Shown in pieces: positions 29,387 through 38,576 of a stretch of 64,000 nucleotides of DNA (the first letter of the stretch is position 1; each line of letters starts with the position of its first letter). The notes under the pieces were generated by a model that did no database searches, was not told the DNA's origin, and saw only the letters and a list, made by a program, of their open reading frames with translations. Origin of the DNA: an uncultured Lachnospiraceae bacterium (GTDB taxonomy: Bacteria; Bacillota; Clostridia; Oscillospirales; CAG-272); contig CAZERM010000003.1 in NCBI GenBank assembly GCA_964514555.1, forward strand, positions 5,045 through 69,044, written 5' to 3'. The position numbers and the translations under genes are program-made.

Positions 29387-29860
29387 ATGTTTGAAAACGA
29401 ATATGTTGAATGTGCGCTCCCACAGCAAAAGAGCATCGCTCTCATTGCTCATGACAACAAGAAAAAAGACATGGTCGATTGGTGCTTGAAGAACAAAAAG
29501 ATATTAGAGCATCATTTCCTTTGCGGAACAGGTACGACTGCAAAGCTCGTTTCCGATAAAACGGGTCTGCCCGTTCGCGGCTACAACAGCGGTCCTCTCG
29601 GCGGCGACCAGCAGATAGGCGCAAGAATAGTTGACGGCAAGATAGATCTCGTTATCTTCTTCTCCGACCCCTTGGAGGCACAGCCGCATGACCCCGACGT
29701 TAAAGCGCTCCTTCGCATAGCTCAGGTATACGACATACCGATCGCGAACAATCGCTCCACGGCAGATTTCATCATCACAAGCCATTATATGGACACGGAA
29801 TATTCCCGTAAACTTATCAATTTCCGCCATAATGTTGATATGCGCGTAAAAGAAATGTAA
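29387..29860 (+). CDS. mgsA: methylglyoxal synthase
   Basis: Start trimmed to MFENEY, with a GGAGGA RBS. IALIAHDNKK...GTGTT...GPLGGDQQ...DPLEAQPHDPD motifs. Confidence 0.88.
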   Translation: MFENEYVECALPQQKSIALIAHDNKKKDMVDWCLKNKKILEHHFLCGTGTTAKLVSDKTGLPVRGYNSGPLGGDQQIGARIVDGKIDLVIFFSDPLEAQPHDPDVKALLRIAQVYDIPIANNRSTADFIITSHYMDTEYSRKLINFRHNVDMRVKEM

Positions 29861-29864
29861 CGAA

Positions 29865-30473
29865 GTGAAAAAAAGGAAGTTTATATTTATACCGCTTGCG
29901 GTCTTTTTGGCGATATCTTTTTTTGCATTGGCTTTTGTCGCGACGATAAACGCGGTGGTTGTCGGTTCGGCAAAAGATCTTATCCGTAACGTGGAAAAAG
30001 AAGACGGCTATGAAACAGCAGTGGTCTTTGGCGCGGGAGTATATGACGGCGGCACGCTTTCCGCAATGCTCCAAGACAGGATGGACACCGCAATAGAACT
30101 CTATAAACGAGGCGCGGTAAAAAGCTTGCTCCTTTCGGGCGATAACAGCGGCGAATGGGGCGAAGTAAAATACATGAAAAAATACGCCGTTGAACACGGC
30201 GTAAAAGAAGATGATATTTTAGAGGATGGCGAAGGCTATTCCACCATGGAAACGGTAACTCGGGCAAAAGAAGTGTTCGATTTGGAAAAATGCGTGTTCG
30301 TAACTCAAAAATATCATTTATACAGGGCGATATATTCGGCTGAAAAGCTCGGCATGGACGTTGTGGGCGTAAGTGCCTCCGTCCGCGGATACAGAGGGCA
30401 GATATATCGCGACATACGCGAGGTGTTGGCAAGAGTCAAGGACTTTTGCCTTATCACCTGCGGTTATATATAA
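29865..30473 (+). CDS. SanA/YdcF-like DUF218 membrane protein
   Basis: 202 aa with an N-terminal TM helix followed by the VVFGAGV...LLLSGDN pattern. GTG start 4 nt after the mgsA stop. Confidence 0.6.
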   Translation: MKKRKFIFIPLAVFLAISFFALAFVATINAVVVGSAKDLIRNVEKEDGYETAVVFGAGVYDGGTLSAMLQDRMDTAIELYKRGAVKSLLLSGDNSGEWGEVKYMKKYAVEHGVKEDDILEDGEGYSTMETVTRAKEVFDLEKCVFVTQKYHLYRAIYSAEKLGMDVVGVSASVRGYRGQIYRDIREVLARVKDFCLITCGYI

Positions 30474-30515
30474 AAAATCTTCGTTGATATTGCTCCAACG
30501 AAGATTTTTTGTTTT
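30473..30515. terminator. bidirectional terminator between the sanA-like gene and nadA
   Basis: 14-bp stem AAAAATCTTCGTTG/CAACGAAGATTTTT between convergent genes. Confidence 0.8.
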
Positions 30516-30528
30516 TATTAAGTATTTA

Positions 30529-31446
30529 TCAGCCGCCGAGACGGATCATTTCGTCGATACAACCGCGAGCTGCTTTGATAACATCGGCTTCAAGTTCGAT
30601 CTCTGCGCCGCCCTGACCGCGAACAGCGTTGTAAACGTCCATAAGAGTCGTTGCCTTCATATCGGGGCAGATGAGTTTTGCGGACATGGGATAGAAGCGC
30701 TTGTCGGGGAACTCATACTGGAGCTGTTCGGCAATGCTTATCTCTGTACCGATGATAAATTCCTGTGCATCGCTTTTGCGCGCGTAATCCATGATGCCTG
30801 ATGTGGAACCTACGTAATCAGCCATAGCGCTTATTGCAGGCAAACATTCGGGGTGAACGAGGAGTTTTGCTTCGGGATGAGCCTCTTTCATCGCTTTAGC
30901 CTGTTCGGGCGCGATGCTTGCGTGGATGGGGCAACCGCCCTGCAAAAGCTTGATGTTCTTGTCGGGGCACTGGGACGCAACGTAAGCGCCGAGGTTGCAG
31001 TCGGGAATGAAGATAATGTTCTTGTTTTCGATATTTTTAACTATCTGAACAGCGGAAGATGATGTAACGCAAACATCACATACCGTTTTGAGCAAAGCTG
31101 TTGTGTTTACGTAAGCGATAACGGCATAACCGGGGTAATCGCGCTTTACGCTTTCGATAAATTCTTTGCTCATCTGTTCTGCCATGGGGCAGCCTGCTGT
31201 GCCGTTGGAAAGAAGCACGCGCTTTTCAGGGGAAAGAATTTTCACGGTCTCAGCCATGAATCTTACGCCGCACATAAGCACTGTTTTCTGTTTAACGTCC
31301 TTTGCAAGCACGCTGAGCTTGTAGGAGTCGCCTGTGAAATCGGCAACTTCGCGAACGTCTTTTCCGACGTAGCTGTGAGCCAATATGCAAATATCATTTT
31401 CTTTTTTAAGTCTAATAATCTCGTCTTGTATTTCGCGTATATTCAT
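30529..31446 (-). CDS. nadA: quinolinate synthase
   Basis: 305 aa with the typical N-terminus IRLKKENDICILAHSY and conserved Cys ligands. No nadB or nadC adjacent. Confidence 0.9.
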   Translation of the reverse strand: MNIREIQDEIIRLKKENDICILAHSYVGKDVREVADFTGDSYKLSVLAKDVKQKTVLMCGVRFMAETVKILSPEKRVLLSNGTAGCPMAEQMSKEFIESVKRDYPGYAVIAYVNTTALLKTVCDVCVTSSSAVQIVKNIENKNIIFIPDCNLGAYVASQCPDKNIKLLQGGCPIHASIAPEQAKAMKEAHPEAKLLVHPECLPAISAMADYVGSTSGIMDYARKSDAQEFIIGTEISIAEQLQYEFPDKRFYPMSAKLICPDMKATTLMDVYNAVRGQGGAEIELEADVIKAARGCIDEMIRLGG

Positions 31447-31656
31447 AATTGTTCGTCCTCTCTATGTGAAAATCTCTTTACATATTTATGATACACAAAA
31501 ATCGCCGAAAAATCAATAATAACTTGCTATGTTTTGCAAAAACAATGGCAAATTCTTTGAAATACGGCTGTTTTTTGCTTTTTTAATTATATTGATTTTG
31601 AAAAGCTATTGTGATATACTGAAAATATAAAATAAATTTGTTTTGGGGTATGATGA

Positions 31657-32070
31657 ATGAAAAGTTTTAAACCCGGCAGAGGTCCCTCTCGTCAATCTTT
31701 CGTTTCGTGCATATTCATGGCGTTGTTCGGAATCCTTTGGACGTTGTTGTCGTTCATTGTGGTTGGAGGCTTCGGTATAATCGGCTGCATATTTCCGCTG
31801 TTCGGCATGATATTTACGGGTAATGCAATATATCACGCGATATATTATTATAAAAACGCTAAATCGCCAAACAGGAATTCCATGTTCGACATCGTGGACG
31901 AGGACGAAGAGCCTGACCCACTCAACGAAAAATACGGCGCAAAAAAAGAAGATAACGAAAAAACTTCCGAGCAGAGCTTCGGTGAGAAACGCTTTTGCCC
32001 TTATTGCGGCGAAAGAACGAACGGCACGGATAAATTCTGCAGAAATTGCGGTCATCAATTAGAAAAATAA
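31657..32070 (+). CDS. small membrane protein with a C-terminal zinc ribbon
   Basis: Two TM helices and CPYCG...CRNCG. Ends 21 nt before cysK. Confidence 0.55.
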   Translation: MKSFKPGRGPSRQSFVSCIFMALFGILWTLLSFIVVGGFGIIGCIFPLFGMIFTGNAIYHAIYYYKNAKSPNRNSMFDIVDEDEEPDPLNEKYGAKKEDNEKTSEQSFGEKRFCPYCGERTNGTDKFCRNCGHQLEK

Positions 32071-32091
32071 TTTTTTCGGAGGCATATATCA

Positions 32092-33015
32092 ATGAATGTT
32101 TATAGATCGGTAGAAGAACTCATCGGCGGCACACCGCTTTTGGCGCTCGAGCGCTACGGCAAAGATATGCCTGCAAAGATATTCGGCAAGCTCGAATATC
32201 TCAATCCGGCAGGCTCCGCTAAAGACAGAGTTGCAAAAGAAATGATAGATGAAGCGGAAAGAAGCGGTAAACTTCGCCCGGGCGCAACTATCATAGAATC
32301 GACTTCGGGCAATACGGGCATAGGTCTTGCGGCTATTGCGGCGGCGAGAGGTTACAGAATAATCATAATCATGCCCGACACGATGTCTGAAGAACGCAAG
32401 ATACTTATGAAAGCATACGGTGCGGAGCTTGTGCTTACGGATGGTGCAAAAGGTATGAAAGGCTGTCTTGAAAAACAGGAAGAGCTTGCAAAAGCCATCC
32501 CCGATTCTTTCATCCCGGCGCAGTTTGAAAATCCCTCCAATCCCGAAGCGCACAGAAAAACGACAGGCCCCGAGATCTGGAACGACCTCGACGGCAAAGT
32601 TGACATCTTTGTTGCAGGTGTCGGCACGGGCGGCACGATTACAGGTGTCGGTGAATATCTCAAAGAAAAAGACCCCAACGTAAAAGTAGTTGCTGTTGAG
32701 CCTGCCTCTTCCCCCTTACTCTCCAAAGGTGTTGCGGGCGCGCATAAATTGCAGGGTATAGGCGCGAACTTCGTTCCCTCTATCCTTAACCGTGAGGTTT
32801 ACGATGAGATAATCGCCATCGAAAACGATGATGCTTATAACGCAGGCAGAGATTTTGCAAAAGCAGAGGGTATACTTGTGGGTATCTCCTCAGGCGCGGC
32901 GCTCCACGCGGCAAAAATGCTCGCACAAAGACCCGAAAACGCAGGAAAGAATATCGTTGTATTGCTCCCCGATACAGGCGACAGATACCTTTCCACACCC
33001 GGATATTTTGCTTAA
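32092..33015 (+). CDS. cysK: cysteine synthase A (O-acetylserine sulfhydrylase)
   Basis: PLP-lysine motif NPAGSAKDR, TSGNTG loop, GTGGT. Confidence 0.93.
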   Translation: MNVYRSVEELIGGTPLLALERYGKDMPAKIFGKLEYLNPAGSAKDRVAKEMIDEAERSGKLRPGATIIESTSGNTGIGLAAIAAARGYRIIIIMPDTMSEERKILMKAYGAELVLTDGAKGMKGCLEKQEELAKAIPDSFIPAQFENPSNPEAHRKTTGPEIWNDLDGKVDIFVAGVGTGGTITGVGEYLKEKDPNVKVVAVEPASSPLLSKGVAGAHKLQGIGANFVPSILNREVYDEIIAIENDDAYNAGRDFAKAEGILVGISSGAALHAAKMLAQRPENAGKNIVVLLPDTGDRYLSTPGYFA

Positions 33016-33032
33016 ATATAAAAGTTAAAAAA

Positions 33033-33069
33033 GAGAACCGCCGTTTTTACATCGGCGGCTCTCTTTTTG
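33033..33069 (+). terminator. intrinsic terminator after cysK
   Basis: GAGAACCGCCG-loop-CGGCGGCTCTC followed by TTTTT. Confidence 0.75.
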
Positions 33070-33095
33070 TTTATGTGAGTTTAAGGTGTTAGCTT

Positions 33096-34982
33096 TTAGG
33101 TTACAAGACCTGCGCTCTGCTTATTATAGAGCTTGGAATATTCGCCGCCCTGCTTGATAAGCGTTTCGTGGTCGCCTGCTTCAACGATGACACCGTTTTT
33201 GAGTACGACTATCACGTTGGAATCGCGTATAGTTGAAAGTCTGTGCGCGATGATGAAGGATGTTCTGCCCTTCATAAGGTTCAGCATAGCTTTCTGAATG
33301 TTCATTTCGGTACGAGTATCGACGGAAGATGTCGCTTCGTCAAGGATGAGTATCTTGGGATCTGCGAGCACTGCACGAGCGATGGCAAGGAGCTGGCGCT
33401 GACCCTGAGAAAGGTTGGAGCCGCCCTCGGAAAGCACCGTGTCATATCCGTCGGGGAGTCTTTCGATGAACTGATCCGCCATGGCGGTGGCCGCCGCACG
33501 TTTCATATCCTCATCGCTTGCGTTGAGATTGCCGTATTTGATATTGGCACGTATCGTATCGCCCCAAAGCACGGTATCCTGCAAAACTATAGAGATAAGG
33601 TGGCGCAAGTTATCTTTGGAGATATCCGCGATATTTGTGCCGTCGATGGTTATCTGGCCGTTTTGAGGCTCATAGAATCGCATCAAAAGGTTGATTATAG
33701 TCGTCTTACCCGAGCCTGTTGCGCCTACGATGGCGATCTTTTGACCGGGTTTAACGGAAAGGTTGAGCTTTTTGAGTACAGGCTCCGTGGGGATATAGCC
33801 GAAGTCGATGTTTTCAAATTCGATATCACCGTGGAGCTTTTCTGCTTCAAGAACTTTTGTGCCCTCGTCAACTTCGTCCTCGCTGCCCATGATGGCGAAT
33901 ATTCTTTCCGCACCTGCAAGAGCAGTCATAAGAGTAGAATACTGGTTCGCTATCATATTGATAGGATGAGTGAATTTTTTTGAGTATGTAAGCATAGCTT
34001 GGATAGTACCGATGGTGATGCCTGCACCGATGGGACTTTCGGGAAATTTTATCATGAGCACACCGCCGACAGCCGCAAGGATAACATACTGAAGATTACC
34101 CAAGAAGTTCATTATCGGACCCATTACAGAGCCGCAGATACGCGCTTTTATGCTGTAATGGCGGAGCCTGTCTGCGCTTTCTGCGAAATCTTCCACAGCC
34201 TGCTTTTCTTTGCCGTATGCAACGACTGTTCTGTAACCGCTTACCATCTCCTCAACATGGCTGTTGAGCTTACCGAGCAATTTCTGCTGTTCGGAGAAAT
34301 ATTTACGCATGAATTTGCCGAGCTTTGTGGAGATGAATATCGTGAGCGGTATCGTGAGTATGGCAACTACCGTCATGAGGGGGCTGTAATATATCATCAT
34401 GCATCCGACACCGACAAGAGTCATGATGGCGGAGAAGAGAGTTGTTATCGTTTGAGAAACGGAGTTTGAGACGTTTTCAACGTCATTTGTCATCGTGCTC
34501 ATCATATCGCCGTGGCGGTGGTTGTCCGTGTAGCTTATGGGGAGCTTTGATATCTTTTTGAAAAGGTCTTTACGCAAACGATAGACCGTGTTCTGCGCGA
34601 GTTTTGCGGAAAGTATGCCCTGAACATATGTGAGCAATGCGCTTATCGCAAAGATGATGCCCATGAGCAAAAGGTAGAATTTCATGGAATCGAAATCTAC
34701 GCTTACTTTGCCGTTTTCAAAGGTGATGGTATCTATTGCATTCTTTTGGAGAGTAGGTCCGAGGATATCTATACCTGTAACCGCAAGCACCAAAGCCAAG
34801 AGCGCAACGAGTATTGCGCGGCTCTTGCCGATGTATTTAAAGAGCTTGCCGATGGTCTGAGACATATTTTTGGGTTTCTGCACGTTCATGCGCGCACCCA
34901 TGGGGCCGCCCGGTCCTCCGGGACCGCCGCCGGGACGAAGATTCGGCATATTAGCAGGGGGAGCTTTTCTTTCTTCAGCCAT
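33096..34982 (-). CDS. ABC exporter permease/ATPase, heterodimer subunit B
   Basis: Start trimmed to MAEERKAPP, with a GGAGG RBS and an 8-nt overlap with the upstream stop. Walker A GATGSGKTT, signature LSQGQRQL, Walker B ILILDEA. Confidence 0.9.
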   Translation of the reverse strand: MAEERKAPPANMPNLRPGGGPGGPGGPMGARMNVQKPKNMSQTIGKLFKYIGKSRAILVALLALVLAVTGIDILGPTLQKNAIDTITFENGKVSVDFDSMKFYLLLMGIIFAISALLTYVQGILSAKLAQNTVYRLRKDLFKKISKLPISYTDNHRHGDMMSTMTNDVENVSNSVSQTITTLFSAIMTLVGVGCMMIYYSPLMTVVAILTIPLTIFISTKLGKFMRKYFSEQQKLLGKLNSHVEEMVSGYRTVVAYGKEKQAVEDFAESADRLRHYSIKARICGSVMGPIMNFLGNLQYVILAAVGGVLMIKFPESPIGAGITIGTIQAMLTYSKKFTHPINMIANQYSTLMTALAGAERIFAIMGSEDEVDEGTKVLEAEKLHGDIEFENIDFGYIPTEPVLKKLNLSVKPGQKIAIVGATGSGKTTIINLLMRFYEPQNGQITIDGTNIADISKDNLRHLISIVLQDTVLWGDTIRANIKYGNLNASDEDMKRAAATAMADQFIERLPDGYDTVLSEGGSNLSQGQRQLLAIARAVLADPKILILDEATSSVDTRTEMNIQKAMLNLMKGRTSFIIAHRLSTIRDSNVIVVLKNGVIVEAGDHETLIKQGGEYSKLYNKQSAGLVT

Positions 34983-36801
34983 TTGTAACCGCCTCCTTCT
35001 TTCCATATTCGCGCATCTGCGAATTATAAATATCACGATATGTGTCGCTTATGCGGAGAAGCTCATCGTGCGGAGCAACGTGCAAGATAGAACCATCGTT
35101 TTCGATAACGGCTATTCTGTCCGCTTCCATAACGCTGGCGATACGCTGCGCGACCATGATGACAGTAGTGTCTTTTGCGTTTTCCTTGATAGCTGTGCGA
35201 AGTTTCGCTTCCGTAACAAGGTCAAGCGCTGATGTGGAGTCATCGAGGATGAGTATCTCGGGCTTTCTTACAAGCGCTCTTGCGATGGAGATACGCTGTT
35301 TCTGACCGCCGGAAAGAGAAGCACCTTTTTCCGCAACGAATGTGTTGTAGCCTTCGGCAAAGCCGCCGATAAAGTCATCTGCCTGAGCTGTTTTAGCCGC
35401 CGCAACGACTTCTTCGTGCGTTGCATCGGGTCTGCCCCAACGGATGTTGCCCTCTATCGTGTCGGAGAAAAGCTCGCTCTTCTGCATAACGTAGCCTATC
35501 TTGCCGCGGAGGGAATCGAGGTCATAATCCTTTATGTTCATGCCGTCAACGAGAACTTCGCCCTCTGTTGCGTCATAAAAACGGGGGATAAGATAGATAA
35601 GAGATGATTTACCGCAACCCGTGGAACCGATGATGGCGAGCATCTCGCCCTTTTTAACATCGAGGTTGATGTTTTTGAGGACAGGTCTGCCGCTCGTGTT
35701 GGGGTAACGGAAGTTTACGTTTTTGAAAGATACCGCGATATGATCGGGAGCCGCATTTTTTGCGCCGCTTTCGATAACGGGTTCTGTTTCCAATATCTCG
35801 TTTACACGTTTTGCGGAAGCGCTTGCACGAAGTATAGATTGGAATATGTTCGTTGCCATCATAACGGAGTTGATGACCTGCGTGATATATGTGATAGCCG
35901 CCATGATATCGCCCGTGTTAAGACCTGCCGCTTCTATTTTGATGTTGAAGCCGCCGATATAGATGATGGCGATGATGGAGAAGTTCATGATTATTGTAAG
36001 CACGGGGGATATTATCGCCATGATACGAAGGACACGGTAGTTTTCGTTGCGGAGGTCGGAGTTTGCTTTGTCGAAGCGCTCGCATTCGTAATCTTCGCGA
36101 ACGAAAGCTTTTACAACGCGCGCGCCGCCGATGTTTTCGCCGACAACGGAGTTTACTTTGTCAAGCTTTGTCTGTACAAGTGTGTAGATAGGCGTAACGC
36201 GGAAGAGCACCGCAACGATGACCACTACCAATACAGGGATGGCGCAAAGGAGCACCGTGGAGAATTTAAGGTTGAGCGTCATTATCATGATCGTGCCGCC
36301 GATGATGAACATAGGCGAACGAACAAAGCCCTTCAAGAGCATTTCAAAGAAGTCTACAACGACGGAGATATCGTTTGTCATTCTTGTGATAAGAGAACCT
36401 GTTGTAAATTTATCCGTCTGCTCGATGGAAAGCGACATAACTTTGCCGTATGCATCGCGGCGAAGGTCATAACCCAAGCCGTGCGCCGCCTTTGCGGAGG
36501 TGTATGCGCTGAACATACCGAAAAATCCGCCCACGAGCGTGATAAGGAGCATCAATATGCCGAATGTCAATATGATATGTATCTGATTATAATCGCTTCC
36601 GAAAAGAATATTTAATATTTTGGAAGCAAAAACGGAGCCTTTTTCAGAGTCATTTATATCCATGCCTGTTATACCGTAGTTTACGATAAAAGACATGAGG
36701 TAAGGCAAGCTGAGGTCTGCCATGACCTCGCCTATCATCATAAGGGGCGAGATCACTGCCAAAAACCAATAAGGTTTAAGGTATGAAAACATCTTTTTCA
36801 T
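34975..36801 (-). CDS. ABC exporter permease/ATPase, heterodimer subunit A
   Basis: Start trimmed to MKKMFSYLKPYW, with an ATGA overlap with the marR stop. Walker A GSTGCGKSS, signature LSGGQKQR. Confidence 0.9.
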   Translation of the reverse strand: MKKMFSYLKPYWFLAVISPLMMIGEVMADLSLPYLMSFIVNYGITGMDINDSEKGSVFASKILNILFGSDYNQIHIILTFGILMLLITLVGGFFGMFSAYTSAKAAHGLGYDLRRDAYGKVMSLSIEQTDKFTTGSLITRMTNDISVVVDFFEMLLKGFVRSPMFIIGGTIMIMTLNLKFSTVLLCAIPVLVVVIVAVLFRVTPIYTLVQTKLDKVNSVVGENIGGARVVKAFVREDYECERFDKANSDLRNENYRVLRIMAIISPVLTIIMNFSIIAIIYIGGFNIKIEAAGLNTGDIMAAITYITQVINSVMMATNIFQSILRASASAKRVNEILETEPVIESGAKNAAPDHIAVSFKNVNFRYPNTSGRPVLKNINLDVKKGEMLAIIGSTGCGKSSLIYLIPRFYDATEGEVLVDGMNIKDYDLDSLRGKIGYVMQKSELFSDTIEGNIRWGRPDATHEEVVAAAKTAQADDFIGGFAEGYNTFVAEKGASLSGGQKQRISIARALVRKPEILILDDSTSALDLVTEAKLRTAIKENAKDTTVIMVAQRIASVMEADRIAVIENDGSILHVAPHDELLRISDTYRDIYNSQMREYGKKEAVTNG

Positions 36802-37277
36802 TGTCTTTTCCTTTCCGGCGGTTCGCGAAACGGACTGCAAGGCGGTTCATCGCCGAAGCGCTCGTCCCAATCCGCTACTATCTTGTTCAAAAGTTCTTCC
36901 AAAGTGTCAAGCTCTTCGTCGGAAAGAGAGAGCATTGCTTGCTTTGCCGCCTCCGTCTGCTTGCATATCATTTCTTTTGCAAGTTCAGTGCCGTCGGGCG
37001 TAAGTGTTACATTTATCGTGCGTTTGTCTTCTTCGCACTGTTCACGCGTGATAAGCCCCTCGCTTTCCATCTTCGCCAGCATTTCGCTGGAGGATGCGGG
37101 GCGGATGTTCATCTTTTCCGCAAATACTTTTTGCGTTATCGTTCCGGATTCGTAGAGCACGCGCAAAGCTCTGTCGCGCCCGGGTCGGTCGAAAAATCTA
37201 TGGAAAATATAATGTGCATATCTTTCCATGAGAAAGATCACTCGAGTTCGCTGCTCGATATTTTCGTTTTCACTCAT
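36798..37277 (-). CDS. MarR-family transcriptional regulator
   Basis: 159 aa with a winged-HTH region, ITQKVFAEKMNIRPASSSEMLAKMESEGLI. First gene of the exporter operon. Confidence 0.85.
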   Translation of the reverse strand: MSENENIEQRTRVIFLMERYAHYIFHRFFDRPGRDRALRVLYESGTITQKVFAEKMNIRPASSSEMLAKMESEGLITREQCEEDKRTINVTLTPDGTELAKEMICKQTEAAKQAMLSLSDEELDTLEELLNKIVADWDERFGDEPPCSPFREPPERKRQ

Positions 37278-37332
37278 GTAAAAACTCCTTTCGTTTTTTT
37301 TGTTCGTTATATTCCGTTATATTCCATTATAT

Positions 37333-37361
37333 ATAATAAACTTATTTCTCGGAATTGTCAA
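37333..37361 (-). promoter_or_regulatory. promoter of the marR-ABC exporter operon
   Basis: Minus strand reads TTGACA, 17 nt, TATTAT. The -35 element is embedded in an imperfect palindrome centred on AGGTACCT (37361-37368). Confidence 0.5.
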
Positions 37362-37467
37362 GGTACCTAAAGAATAATTTCCGAAATTGTTTTCGCTCAT
37401 CTTGACGAGCATATATAAACATGATAAAATTTATAAAAACGATTGATTTAAAAAGGTTGAAGCTATT

Positions 37468-38322
37468 ATGGAAAACAGAAACATCATAGAAAATATACTC
37501 GCTTGCCCTGTCTGCAAAGAAAGGCTTTTGCTTACCGAGGACGGAAAAAGCGCCGCTTGTACGGGCGCACGCCGTCATCTTTTCGATTTTGCTTCGGGCG
37601 GCTATTTGAATCTCTATACATCTCGCGCGGCAGGCGGCGACAACGGCGAATGTATCGGTGCAAGAAGCGCATTTTTGGCAAAAGGATATTACAAAAATAT
37701 ATCCGACGAAGTGAACGCTTTGCTTGCAAAATATATCTCAAAGGAAAAAGCGGTCGTGCTTGACGCAGGTTGCGGTGAGGGATACTACACGAACAACATC
37801 GCCGAAAACGAAAATTATTCCGTTTTCGGTTTTGACCTTTCAAAATCGGGCGTGAATATCGGAGCAAAAGCGGCAAAACGTGCAGGAAAAGGCAACTCAT
37901 TCTTCGGCGTGGCAAGCGTTTTCGCGCTTCCTGTGCTTTCCAAGAGCGTAGATGCGCTTACAACTATATTTGCGCCGTGTGCCGAGGAAGAATACGCTCG
38001 TGTGCTCGATGACGAAGGCATACTTTTGCTCGTAGGCGCAGGAAAAGAGCATCTTATCGGGCTTAAACGCGCCATTTACGATTCCGCCTACGAAAACGAA
38101 GGCAGAAGAGACCTGCCCAAAGATCATTTTGAACTTTTGGAAGAAAAACAGCTCGTTTACGATATAACGCTCGAAAACAACGAAGATATAAGAAATCTTT
38201 TTGCCATGACACCGTACTATTACCACACTTCGCAAAAAGATAAGGAAAAACTTTCGGCTCTTGACACCCTGTCTACAAAAATAGATATAGAATTATTCGT
38301 ATATAAGAAGAAAAACTATTGA
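37468..38322 (+). CDS. SAM-dependent methyltransferase with an N-terminal zinc ribbon (RlmA-like 23S rRNA G-N1 methyltransferase)
   Basis: CPVCKERL...C zinc ribbon followed by the VLDAGCGEGYY SAM motif. Confidence 0.65.
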   Translation: MENRNIIENILACPVCKERLLLTEDGKSAACTGARRHLFDFASGGYLNLYTSRAAGGDNGECIGARSAFLAKGYYKNISDEVNALLAKYISKEKAVVLDAGCGEGYYTNNIAENENYSVFGFDLSKSGVNIGAKAAKRAGKGNSFFGVASVFALPVLSKSVDALTTIFAPCAEEEYARVLDDEGILLLVGAGKEHLIGLKRAIYDSAYENEGRRDLPKDHFELLEEKQLVYDITLENNEDIRNLFAMTPYYYHTSQKDKEKLSALDTLSTKIDIELFVYKKKNY

Positions 38323-38347
38323 CATTTATGTATGATGAATGTATAAT
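38319..38347 (+). promoter_or_regulatory. perfect-consensus sigma-A promoter
   Basis: TTGACA, 17 nt, TATAAT, overlapping the stop codon of the methyltransferase gene. Confidence 0.6.
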
Positions 38348-38469
38348 GATGTATAATTTATATTGTTTTTATTCGCTTTTGAAAGCGAACGGGGCGAAAA
38401 AAGCGCTTTTTCAACGCATTTCTCTGCATATCTTTGTATAATTATTTATAACGACATTGCAACAGATTC

Positions 38470-38500
38470 GTCCGTGCGCTTTAAAGTGCGCGGACTTTTT
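38470..38500 (+). terminator. intrinsic terminator / attenuator in the ABC importer leader
   Basis: GTCCGTGCGC-TTTAAA-GTGCGCGGAC (10 bp including 2 G-U pairs) followed by TTTTT, 76 nt before the start at 38577. Confidence 0.65.
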
Positions 38501-38576
38501 ATACTCTGTGTAACATTTTGAAATCGGATCGAAAAATATAAATGTAATTTATCTATAATTATTTAGGAGAAATATT

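Noticed and set aside
31606-32058. A 150-aa minus-strand ORF overlapping the zinc-ribbon membrane protein gene.
   Set aside because: It has no RBS and an implausible composition. The + strand frame has two clean TM helices and a CxxC-N10-CxxC ribbon, and it is positioned to be co-transcribed with cysK.
38348-38576. T-box or a known riboswitch in the ABC importer leader.
   Set aside because: There is no T-box consensus (AGGGUGGNACCGCG-like) and no specifier-loop/GA-motif arrangement. I recognise no known riboswitch core. It is reported only as an unclassified leader.
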